Source: a virus (Duplodnaviria; Caudoviricetes). Taken from it: a stretch of DNA of 64,000 nucleotides. The stretch covers positions 1,273 to 65,272 of the IMG/VR virus record IMGVR_UViG_3300017435_000003, one strand, 5' to 3'. A program made the translations under genes and the position numbers. Of this stretch, positions 1-7,474 are shown one piece after another (the stretch's first letter is position 1; every line of letters starts with the position of its first letter). Under the pieces are notes generated by a model. That model saw only the letters and a program-made list of their open reading frames with translations. It searched no databases and was not told where the DNA came from.

Positions 1-105
1 CTGCCCCATAGCCTTGTGCGCGAATTGGCGCGCCGCGTACGTGACGAGCGCTACACCGTTAGCGTGATCTTCCGGGATGTTCCCCGGCCCCACCACCACG
101 ATTAA
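1..105 (+). CDS. 3' end of a hypothetical phage protein truncated by the window start
   Basis: Frame 1 is open from base 1 (LPHSLVRELARRVRDERYTVSVIFRDVPRPHHHD) to TAA at 103-105, directly before hammerhead 1. Confidence 0.55.
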   Translation: MPHSLVRELARRVRDERYTVSVIFRDVPRPHHHD

Positions 106-174
106 GGCGAAACCTAGCGGGGCTCCGGCTCTGCGATGGTCGCGCGGGATTGTTCGCCCCGCGCCTGATGAGCC
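106..174 (+). ncRNA. Type II hammerhead ribozyme 1, predicted cleavage after C141
   Basis: GGC-GAAA(109-112)-stem III-GUC(139-141)-stem I GCGCGGG/CCCGCGC-CUGAUGA(165-171)-GCC; loop UGUUC(151-155) is complementary to tail GAACA(175-179). Confidence 0.9.
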
Positions 175-195
175 GAACACGAAAGGGAAACTACC

Positions 196-360
196 ATGGC
201 CGCTACCTCAAGCACGCTTCGCGATCCTAGCCGCTCCCCCATCGCAAAGAGCCGCGCCCTTACGCGCCGCGCCGAACGTCGCGAAAAGAGCGCGCGCCTG
301 TTCCTCGCTTTTGTGTTCCCTGCTGATCTGTCCGGCTTTGCCGCGCCGTTCGCTCGCTGA
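196..360 (+). CDS. Small basic hypothetical protein, 54 aa (not in the ORF track)
   Basis: GAAAGGGAAA RBS then ATG 196; MAATSSTLRDPSRSPIAKSRALTRRAERREKSARLFLAFVFPADLSGFAAPFAR; TGA 358-360, followed by the GGAGG RBS of the next gene. Confidence 0.65.
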   Translation: MAATSSTLRDPSRSPIAKSRALTRRAERREKSARLFLAFVFPADLSGFAAPFAR

Positions 361-376
361 TCTGGAGGCTATGACC

Positions 377-1042
377 ATGGCAAAGCGCTTTCCCACCCCC
401 TCGCATGGCCTTTCCGTCCGGCATCTCGACAGCGAAGCTCGCAACATCGATTGGGGCGACGTTCGCGGCGAATATGACGATGGTTACTCGGTTATACTGC
501 CCGATCCGACCTATGGTGATTGGCAGGAACGCGACAGCAACCCTCCCGCGCGCATTGCAAGGCGCAGCGCGCGTTCGGTCATGAATGACGATGACCGCGC
601 CGAATTCGAGCAGACGGAAGCGCACGACGAATGGCGCGATTCCTTTGAGCCGATGATGAATTACGCGTGGCCTGTGTCGCTTGCTTATGGCGTTGGCCTG
701 AAGGAAGCCGTTGCGCTGATCGAAAGGCATGCGGGCGCTTGCTCGGTGATCGAGTTGAGCGACGAAGCGGGCGAGCGCCTTTATGGCGATGATGCACCGG
801 ATTACATCATCGCTCTGACAGGCGGCGGCATGAACCTAAGCGACCATATCGCCGCCGCATATCTCGCGTTCGGCTGCATTCCTCCCGAACGCGTTCTCTC
901 CGGCCTTGCTGGCGTCATCTCAAAGGAAAAGGCGCGCCGCATACCGTTGCAGGCGGCATATCGCGAAGCATCGAAGCACTACGCTTTGCGCGGCAAGCGG
1001 CTGCGTGAACAGGCGCGGCGCGTCTCCAAGGGGGAATATTGA
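377..1042 (+). CDS. Hypothetical early phage protein
   Basis: 3' part of ORF 77..1042; GGAGG at 364-368 favours ATG 377. Confidence 0.75.
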   Translation: MAKRFPTPSHGLSVRHLDSEARNIDWGDVRGEYDDGYSVILPDPTYGDWQERDSNPPARIARRSARSVMNDDDRAEFEQTEAHDEWRDSFEPMMNYAWPVSLAYGVGLKEAVALIERHAGACSVIELSDEAGERLYGDDAPDYIIALTGGGMNLSDHIAAAYLAFGCIPPERVLSGLAGVISKEKARRIPLQAAYREASKHYALRGKRLREQARRVSKGEY

Positions 1043-1049
1043 TCGCATA

Positions 1050-1113
1050 GGCGAAACCGCGCGCCAGCCGGTGCGCGGTCCAGCCGGGGAGGGCTCCCGG
1101 CTGCTGATGAGCC
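1050..1113 (+). ncRNA. Type II hammerhead ribozyme 2, predicted cleavage after C1080
   Basis: GGC-GAAA(1053-1056)-CCGCGC/GCGCGG stem III-GUC(1078-1080)-stem I CAGCCGGG/CCCGGCUG-CUGAUGA(1104-1110)-GCC; GGGCU(1091-1095) is complementary to tail AGCCC(1114-1118). Confidence 0.92.
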
Positions 1114-1136
1114 AGCCCGACGAATGGGAACGAACG

Positions 1137-1913
1137 ATGAGCGATGTTGAGTTTATGAGGGCGCACGAAGCCGGTTGCGAGTTGCTTGGACGGGGGACCG
1201 GCGTGCCGGAATCGTTGTCCGATCTGGCGGACCATATAACCCGCGTGGTGTGCAACCCATCTGACGGCTTGATTGCCGCGCTGGGCCGCGTTCTGCTGCG
1301 TCACCGCGAAACCGCCCATATTCCAGCCGCGCCGGAAGGCGGCGCTCTTTCTTGCTGCAACGGCGTGGGATGCAGCGACTGCGGCCCCGGCGCGCAAGCG
1401 CTGGCACGCATGGAAGCAACCATGGGCGCGTCGCTTTACGGCTGGCTTGTGGAAGAGATGGGCATGGAGCCGGAGCATTCGGGCGGCGGCTGCGCCATGC
1501 TTCGCCATACGGCTGCAAGCGGCGCTTATCTGCTGGTGACAGATGCGAGCGGGACCGGCTTGCCTGCGATGGATGACTGGTGCGTTGGCGTTTATCCAGC
1601 CGAACCGGGAGGCGGAATCGATGCTTTCGCGCTGCTCTACAGCAATGCAGCGGAGAAAGCGGATTACGGAACGCAGATGACGCTCCGGCAGGCTGTAGCT
1701 GCGGCTTGCGGCATCGCTGCGGAATGGGAAGCGCCAGCCGCTGCGGAACCGTGCGCCTTGGAGATTGGCGCGGCTCTTGTTCGCGATGCCGTCAACTTGC
1801 TCGATGTGGTGGAGCATTGCGACGACGAAGCGCTTGCAGACGGCGTGCTCAAGGTGATGACCGACGACGGGCGCTTGTATCGCGTTGCCGTCACTGTGTT
1901 GGAGGCGCGCTGA
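1137..1913 (+). CDS. Hypothetical early phage protein
   Basis: 3' part of ORF 906..1913; first ATG downstream of the ribozyme; stop overlaps the next start (TGATG). Confidence 0.7.
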   Translation: MSDVEFMRAHEAGCELLGRGTGVPESLSDLADHITRVVCNPSDGLIAALGRVLLRHRETAHIPAAPEGGALSCCNGVGCSDCGPGAQALARMEATMGASLYGWLVEEMGMEPEHSGGGCAMLRHTAASGAYLLVTDASGTGLPAMDDWCVGVYPAEPGGGIDAFALLYSNAAEKADYGTQMTLRQAVAAACGIAAEWEAPAAAEPCALEIGAALVRDAVNLLDVVEHCDDEALADGVLKVMTDDGRLYRVAVTVLEAR

Positions 1914-2251
1914 TGCCCCGCTATTCTGTCCCGCTCACCATCCTAGCAAGCATCACGGTAGACGCGCCGGACGCTGCTTCCGCGCGGAAAGAGGCGGTCC
2001 GCTTTGCGGAGGGACATGGAAGCGACACCGGCTTGTTCATGGACGGCTGGAACGATGTGCAGCGCCAGCACGGATTGCCTACCATCCACGACGTGAGCGG
2101 CTTTGACTGTGAAGGCGTCGAGCTAATGGAGGTGGAAGAGATCGACGACGAGCCGGAGACGTGCACCCATTGCGGCGAGGAGCGGCCCGCTGGTCCGCAA
2201 TCGTCCAGCTGGACCTGCCCGAACAACCATTACAACGCGCCGGAGGCTTGA
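1913..2251 (+). CDS. Hypothetical protein with C-terminal zinc ribbon (CTHC...CPNNH)
   Basis: GGAGG RBS, TGATG overlap, 3' part of ORF 1580..2251. Confidence 0.7.
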   Translation: MPRYSVPLTILASITVDAPDAASARKEAVRFAEGHGSDTGLFMDGWNDVQRQHGLPTIHDVSGFDCEGVELMEVEEIDDEPETCTHCGEERPAGPQSSSWTCPNNHYNAPEA

Positions 2252-2255
2252 GACC

Positions 2256-2687
2256 ATGGCTAAGCAATTCCTTGTTACTGTCACCGCCGAAGCGACCATT
2301 TCAGAGCGCTGGCTTGTTACTGGCGAAAGCGCAAAAGAGGTGCGCGAGCGTTGGGACGCAGAGGATATTCTTTCCCTGCCGGACACCGTTTTCTTGGACG
2401 ATAGCACTCTAGGGAATGAAGCGGAGCGCGAGCTATCCGACGTGGAGCCTTACGAAGCGCCAGATGCACCAGCCTTGCTGACGTTCACCGCCTTTTGTCA
2501 AAAGGCAGGCGCGGCAGGGGGAACGACCTGGATCGAGCAAGTTGAGGCGCGCGACATGTACCACGCTTCGGAGGTCGCGATACTCGCTTGCGCCGATGCC
2601 TGGGAATGTGAAGCCGTAGACATCTGGGTCTTGGGCATTGCCAAGGGAGACGTCGCAATCGTGTCATGGGAGGATCAAAGCGAATAG
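2256..2687 (+). CDS. Hypothetical acidic protein
   Basis: ORF track; GGAGG upstream; TAG abuts hammerhead 3. Confidence 0.7.
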   Translation: MAKQFLVTVTAEATISERWLVTGESAKEVRERWDAEDILSLPDTVFLDDSTLGNEAERELSDVEPYEAPDAPALLTFTAFCQKAGAAGGTTWIEQVEARDMYHASEVAILACADAWECEAVDIWVLGIAKGDVAIVSWEDQSE

Positions 2688-2757
2688 TCGAAACCTAGCG
2701 GGGGCACGCTCCCCCGCGATGGTCGGGCCGCATATGCCGCGCGGCTCCTGATGAGAC
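2687..2757 (+). ncRNA. Type II hammerhead ribozyme 3, predicted cleavage after C2724
   Basis: GUC-GAAA(2690-2693)-stem III-GUC(2722-2724)-stem I GGGCCGC/GCGGCUC-CUGAUGA(2748-2754)-GAC; stem II covaries against copies 1 and 2; loop UGCC(2735-2738) is complementary to tail GGCA(2759-2762). Confidence 0.92.
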
Positions 2758-2779
2758 AGGCACCATAGGGAATTGAACC

Positions 2780-4825
2780 ATGATCGCATCTAACTTCGCC
2801 GCCACTCTGGACCGCGCCGCGCTTGTCGCTGGCCTTAAGCTGTTCGGCAAGGTGGTCTCCAAGCGCAATAGCATCCCCATCCTCTCGCACCTGCTGCTGG
2901 AATGCGACGGCGCGAGCGTGACGCTCACGGGCACCGATCTGGACATCTACGCGAGCGTGACGCTCGACGCGCCTGCAAGCCAGCCGGGAAAGGCGCTGGT
3001 GCCGTGCGATCAAATGGCTTCCGGCTTGGCCAAGAGCAAAGGCGCGACGGTCTCCCTGCAATCCGTCCCTGGTGGCGTGGCGATGACGCTGGAGAACGGC
3101 GCGACAACGCGGCTGGCGACCACATGCGGCCTGGGCGACTGGCCGGAAGCAGTTGTGAAGCTGGGCGACCTGGGCGCGGCTGGTGACTTCGTGGCGGCTG
3201 AGCTTCGGGACGAATGGACGCGCGTGCGGCCTGCGGTCTCGACTGAGGAGACGCGCTATTATCTCAACGGCATTTACGCTTGCCAGCCCTACGGCGGTGG
3301 CATGGCCTGGGCCGCGACCGATGGCCACCGGCTCTGCGAACAGAAGCGCGACCTGCCTGCGGGGATGGCCCTGCCCAACTCGATCATTCCCCGGCTCACG
3401 GTGGATGTGATCCTGGCGGCGCTGGCGAAGGCGAAGGGCACCACGGCGCGCATGGCATTCAGCGCGGGCGCTATGCTCTTCACCCATGGCAATGTGACAA
3501 TCCGCTCCAAGCTGGTGGACGGGGTGTTCCCCGATTACAACCGCGTCATCCCGTCCAGCCGCAATCGCGTGGTGTCGATCGACGCGGGCGCGCTGGCCGA
3601 TGCCGCAACATCGGTTGTCGCGGGCCTGTCCGGCAAGACTCGGGCGGCGCGGTTCTCGATGTCATCGGACGGGCAATGGCTCACTGGCGCGGCGCGGGAT
3701 GCGGACGGCAACGTCTCGGCCATGGTCATCCCCGGCGCGACTGTATCGGGCAATAAGCGCGGAGAGTTCATGTTCGGGGTGAACGCGCCCTACCTCTCCG
3801 GCCTGGCGAAGCTGTTCCCCGGCGATGTGACGCTGGCGACCGGCGATGCTTCCACGCCCATCCTGATGGAATCCACCTCGCTCCCCGGCTTCCGCGCCGT
3901 TGTTATGCCGATGCACTATGACGGGGAGCCGCTTTCCCCGGCTGGCATTGCCGACATGAACAAGCCCGCGCCGACCGCCATGGAGGTGCTGGAGCAGTAC
4001 GGTCCTAAGCACGTTGCGGAACTGGCGGGCTTTCTCCTCCCCGGTGTTCGCCGGATGGTGTCGGTGCACCTGGGGCTCAAGATGCGCGCGGCAATCGACT
4101 ACCTGGGCGGAGATCGCCAAGCAGCGCGCGCGGTGGTCAAGGCGATGGTGGCGCGCATGCAGGGCGACGAAGCGGCGGCGGTGCGGATCGAGCGCGTTGC
4201 CAGCCATGAGCCGGTGACGACGTTCCGCAGCTGGTCGCAAAGCGTTCCTGCCTATGCGGGGCCGGTGTTCAACGTGGTGGAAGAGCCCGCGCCGGTCGCG
4301 CAGCCGGTGCAGAGCCAGCCGGACGACGTGGCGGCGCTCAAGGCGATGATCCTGGACATGGCGGCGCGTCTGGCGCGCGTGGAGGCTGGACAGGCCCTCT
4401 CAGGCCCGCAGACGGCTCCTGGGCGCACTCCGGCGCATGAGGCGGCTATCCGGCGCGCCTGGGCCGAGCGCAGCGCCAGCCGGGCCGCACGGGCGGCGCG
4501 CCAGGATACCGCGAAGCTGTTCGTGGTCGCGGAAGAGACCATCGCCACGGTCACGGCGCAGCGCGATGACTTCGAGCGCATCGCCATCCGCGAGGGCGAG
4601 CGCGCCGATCGGGCGGAAGCCAAGGTGGAAGTGCTGGAGACCCGCGTGGGACGGCTCAAGGCAGTGCTGGCGGGCCGCAAGGCGAAGCTGGTGCAGTATG
4701 CTCGCGAGCTACTGTTCGCCCGCGACCGTGGCGCGCAGTTGCAGCGTGAACTGATCGCAGCGCGCGACGGCAAGGCGAAGCGCTCCAGCGGCACCAGCTT
4801 CTCCATCGGCCGGAAGGCAGGCTGA
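2780..4825 (+). CDS. dnaN: DNA polymerase III beta sliding clamp homolog with long C-terminal coiled-coil extension
   Basis: Clamp motifs SKRNSIPILSHLLL, GTDLD, STEETRYYLNGIY, ATDGHRL, SKLVDGVFPDYNRVIP, AVVMPM; about 300 extra helical residues follow. Confidence 0.88.
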   Translation: MIASNFAATLDRAALVAGLKLFGKVVSKRNSIPILSHLLLECDGASVTLTGTDLDIYASVTLDAPASQPGKALVPCDQMASGLAKSKGATVSLQSVPGGVAMTLENGATTRLATTCGLGDWPEAVVKLGDLGAAGDFVAAELRDEWTRVRPAVSTEETRYYLNGIYACQPYGGGMAWAATDGHRLCEQKRDLPAGMALPNSIIPRLTVDVILAALAKAKGTTARMAFSAGAMLFTHGNVTIRSKLVDGVFPDYNRVIPSSRNRVVSIDAGALADAATSVVAGLSGKTRAARFSMSSDGQWLTGAARDADGNVSAMVIPGATVSGNKRGEFMFGVNAPYLSGLAKLFPGDVTLATGDASTPILMESTSLPGFRAVVMPMHYDGEPLSPAGIADMNKPAPTAMEVLEQYGPKHVAELAGFLLPGVRRMVSVHLGLKMRAAIDYLGGDRQAARAVVKAMVARMQGDEAAAVRIERVASHEPVTTFRSWSQSVPAYAGPVFNVVEEPAPVAQPVQSQPDDVAALKAMILDMAARLARVEAGQALSGPQTAPGRTPAHEAAIRRAWAERSASRAARAARQDTAKLFVVAEETIATVTAQRDDFERIAIREGERADRAEAKVEVLETRVGRLKAVLAGRKAKLVQYARELLFARDRGAQLQRELIAARDGKAKRSSGTSFSIGRKAG

Positions 4826-4877
4826 TCCACTCCGGGGGAGGCTTAGCTTCCCCCACTACCTCCCCCACTGAAAGGGA

Positions 4878-5585
4878 ATGACGATGAAGATCTATATCGC
4901 GGCGATCACTCACAAGCACGGCCAAGTGCTCTATGCCGCACTTAGCGAAGCGGACCGGACCGCCAAGGTGGCCGACTATTGCCGCAACAACTGGCACGAG
5001 TTGAGCGACGAAGTGTGCGAAGAGAACGCGGAGCGCAAGCTCACCGACCAGGAGGAAATCGACATTTATTTCGCCGCCGAGAACATGGGCGAGCACGAAT
5101 ACGTCGAGATGCAGGAGGATGAGACCTGGGACGCTGTTCAGACGGCGCTCGCCTCCCCAGAGGGCCAGCGCGCAATCGCCGAGACGGCGCTCTCTGTCTA
5201 CATCGACGACGGTAAGCCCAAGGCACCCGGTCAGTTGCCGCATGAGACCTATCAGGACGCAGAGGATCGCCGTTCGCGGGAGTTGCTTGCGCCTATCTCA
5301 CCCCGCCCCGCTCCGATCGATCCCTATGACGTGCTGAGCGAGCAGCCGGCGTGCGAGCCGCGCAAGGTTACGCCGCCGGCCGAGCCGATATGCCACCCAC
5401 TCAACGCTGAACGTCACGCGCTGCTGGCAGCTGGGCGCAGGCTCACCGCCCTGCGCAACGATGCCGACAACATGCCGCACGGGCTGGAATTGAACGCGCC
5501 GCACTTCATCGCCGGCATCATGCACGTTCTGGGCGTCGTCCTGGCCATCGTGGATGCCGACCATCGCGGACGGAACGACACCTGA
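4878..5585 (+). CDS. Hypothetical protein
   Basis: ORF track; GAAAGGGA RBS. Confidence 0.7.
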   Translation: MTMKIYIAAITHKHGQVLYAALSEADRTAKVADYCRNNWHELSDEVCEENAERKLTDQEEIDIYFAAENMGEHEYVEMQEDETWDAVQTALASPEGQRAIAETALSVYIDDGKPKAPGQLPHETYQDAEDRRSRELLAPISPRPAPIDPYDVLSEQPACEPRKVTPPAEPICHPLNAERHALLAAGRRLTALRNDADNMPHGLELNAPHFIAGIMHVLGVVLAIVDADHRGRNDT

Positions 5586-5674
5586 TGGGCCAGCTACTGA
5601 GGGATGGCATGATGTGGGCCATCGTCTTCGTCGCGATCTTCCTGGGCGTGTGCAAGCTGGTGAGCGGCGCATGA
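5585..5674 (+). CDS. 29-aa membrane micropeptide A
   Basis: MGQLLRDGMMWAIVFVAIFLGVCKLVSGA; start and stop both overlap neighbouring genes; paralog at 8406. Confidence 0.7.
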   Translation: MGQLLRDGMMWAIVFVAIFLGVCKLVSGA

Positions 5675-6039
5675 GGATCCACGGCTCCCCCGCTCTGATC
5701 CGCCGCATCGAGCTAGAGACCGTGCAGGCAGGCGCTAAGCCCGGCCTGGGCGGCCTGGGCCGGGTAGACCTGACCGTCTCACACCTGTTCCCCTATGTGC
5801 AGTCGTGCGCGATCTGCAACGGCACCGGCGAGGGCACCACGTCCACCTATTGCCCATCGTGCCACGGCGCTGGCGCGGTGGAGATCATCGGCGCGATGAT
5901 GGATAGCCGCCCTGACTTTGTTGCGCCCGCATCGGCGATGGTGGGCGTGATCCAAGGCGCGCGCCGCCCGCCCCGGTTCCAGCCGCGCTTCCCGGCTGGC
6001 ATCGTATCCCTTCCCCCTATGTGCAAAGGACTCGTATGA
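5671..6039 (+). CDS. Hypothetical protein with DnaJ-type zinc-finger repeats
   Basis: CAICNGTG and CPSCHGAG (CxxCxGxG twice); ATG 5671 overlaps the micropeptide stop. Confidence 0.65.
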   Translation: MRIHGSPALIRRIELETVQAGAKPGLGGLGRVDLTVSHLFPYVQSCAICNGTGEGTTSTYCPSCHGAGAVEIIGAMMDSRPDFVAPASAMVGVIQGARRPPRFQPRFPAGIVSLPPMCKGLV

Positions 6040-6374
6040 AACTGACATCCTCCCTCACCACGCAAAGCCGGCGTGACGAGATGAAGCGGCAAATGATCGA
6101 GGGCGGCTATCCCCGCGCCTTTGTCGAGCAGACAATCGACCTGGCGTTCCAGGCAGTCGACCGCTCTGTAGCCGTCGTGTCGGAAGTCACCGCGCTTGCG
6201 GAGCAGCCTATCGTCATGATCCAGGCGCAGACGATGGCATGCCAGCTACTTGCCATCGAATTTGAGAAGCTGGCCGAGATCCACGTCGGCGCGATGACCG
6301 AGTTGGCGCAGGCTCACGGCGACGTGCCGGTCTGCCTCATGTCGTCCGATCCAGCCGCAGGAGCATCCAAGTGA
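6036..6374 (+). CDS. Hypothetical protein
   Basis: AAGGA RBS; ATG overlaps the upstream stop; part of ORF 6021..6374. Confidence 0.6.
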   Translation: MKLTSSLTTQSRRDEMKRQMIEGGYPRAFVEQTIDLAFQAVDRSVAVVSEVTALAEQPIVMIQAQTMACQLLAIEFEKLAEIHVGAMTELAQAHGDVPVCLMSSDPAAGASK

Positions 6375-6970
6375 ACAGCATCCCTATCCCGACGTGCAAG
6401 GCCGACATGGCGTCGCATGTGAAGCTGGCCGAAGTGTCGAGCGAGGAGCACGGCAAGCGCGCGTGGACGGTGCTCGGCTTGTGGTGGAGGGCGGACGAGC
6501 AGCGGCCCTTCGTGGCCGTCGTGGAGGGCCGCGTTGCCGGCGATACCGACATGCTCAACCGCTTCCGCGCAACGGCGCACGGCACGCTCCTGGCCGCGCT
6601 CGAATCGTTCGACCATTCGGTGCTGCGCGACGAACTCGTGGCGAAGATCCCGACCGATGTGGCCGAGCACTATCCGGAGGCCGATGTCATCCGCCAGCGC
6701 GCGGCGGCCAAGCGCCGGGCGGAACGTAGCTACAAGGGCGACGAGACGCTCAAGAGCGCGCTGAACTGGCTCTATGGGGGCGGGTTCACGAACAACGCCC
6801 TGGGCGCGATGGTGGAAGAGGACTTCGGGGTGAAGGCGCGCACCGTGCGCCATGCGCTGGACACCGACGCCACCCCCGGGGGCTGGGCGGCCGCATTCGT
6901 TCGGGCGCTGCGCCACTTCGACCGGCAGGCATGGGACCGCCAGCGTAGCGGCCTGGAGAAGAGCGCATGA
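6371..6970 (+). CDS. Hypothetical protein
   Basis: ORF track; GTGA overlap with the upstream gene. Confidence 0.65.
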   Translation: MNSIPIPTCKADMASHVKLAEVSSEEHGKRAWTVLGLWWRADEQRPFVAVVEGRVAGDTDMLNRFRATAHGTLLAALESFDHSVLRDELVAKIPTDVAEHYPEADVIRQRAAAKRRAERSYKGDETLKSALNWLYGGGFTNNALGAMVEEDFGVKARTVRHALDTDATPGGWAAAFVRALRHFDRQAWDRQRSGLEKSA

Positions 6971-7242
6971 GCTACCTACTCGGGCAGATGGATGCGACCA
7001 GGATCATCGGGGAATCGATCAGCAAGACCGCTGAGAAGATGCAGGAGAAGTGCGACGACGTGGCGATGGGAAGCGGCATCCGTTCCGAAGGCCATCCCTA
7101 TGACGTTGCGCGTTTCATGCTGGAGCACCTGGGCAAGTCGCTGGTGATCGCAGCCGAGCTCATGGAAGCGAAGATCCGCGCCGAAGCCTGCGCCGATGGC
7201 ATCGCCCCCGACCAGCCGCGTGGCGGGCCGCGTGCGGATTAA
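6967..7242 (+). CDS. Hypothetical protein
   Basis: ATGA overlap; GGAGA RBS. Confidence 0.6.
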   Translation: MSYLLGQMDATRIIGESISKTAEKMQEKCDDVAMGSGIRSEGHPYDVARFMLEHLGKSLVIAAELMEAKIRAEACADGIAPDQPRGGPRAD

Positions 7243-7474
7243 GCAGCCAAGGGAGACGGGCAAGCACCGCCCTCCCTGCCAGGCGAAGGTGCGCGTCGCT
7301 CGCGAGCGCAACACACGCACGGCGCAGAACAGGATCGCCCGCGCCGCGCAACTCAACGTCGATCCTACCGTATGTGGCGCCCGGTCCGACTTCCTCATGG
7401 ATGACGTGCCGATGTGCCGCGCGCATGCCGGAGCAGCTGCATTGCTCCACCTCATGAAAGGAGAACAGTCTTGA
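7232..7474 (+). CDS. Small basic hypothetical protein with Cys/His
   Basis: Fills the gap in the coupled operon; GTG 7232 within ORF 7196..7474. Confidence 0.5.
   Translation: MRIKQPRETGKHRPPCQAKVRVARERNTRTAQNRIARAAQLNVDPTVCGARSDFLMDDVPMCRAHAGAAALLHLMKGEQS

Noticed and set aside
77-376. N-terminal extension of ORF 77..1042 as given in the track
   Set aside because: It runs through hammerhead 1 and overlaps the better-supported ORF 196-360; the RBS supports a start at 377
906-1136. N-terminal extension of ORF 906..1913, including the ATG inside CTGATGA at 1107
   Set aside because: It overlaps the upstream gene and ribozyme 2; the in-core ATG has no RBS and is fixed by the catalytic consensus
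4826-4877. Possible fourth hammerhead before ORF 4878
   Set aside because: Only a simple GGGGGAG/CTTCCCCC hairpin; CTGATCC and CTGAAAG do not match the core
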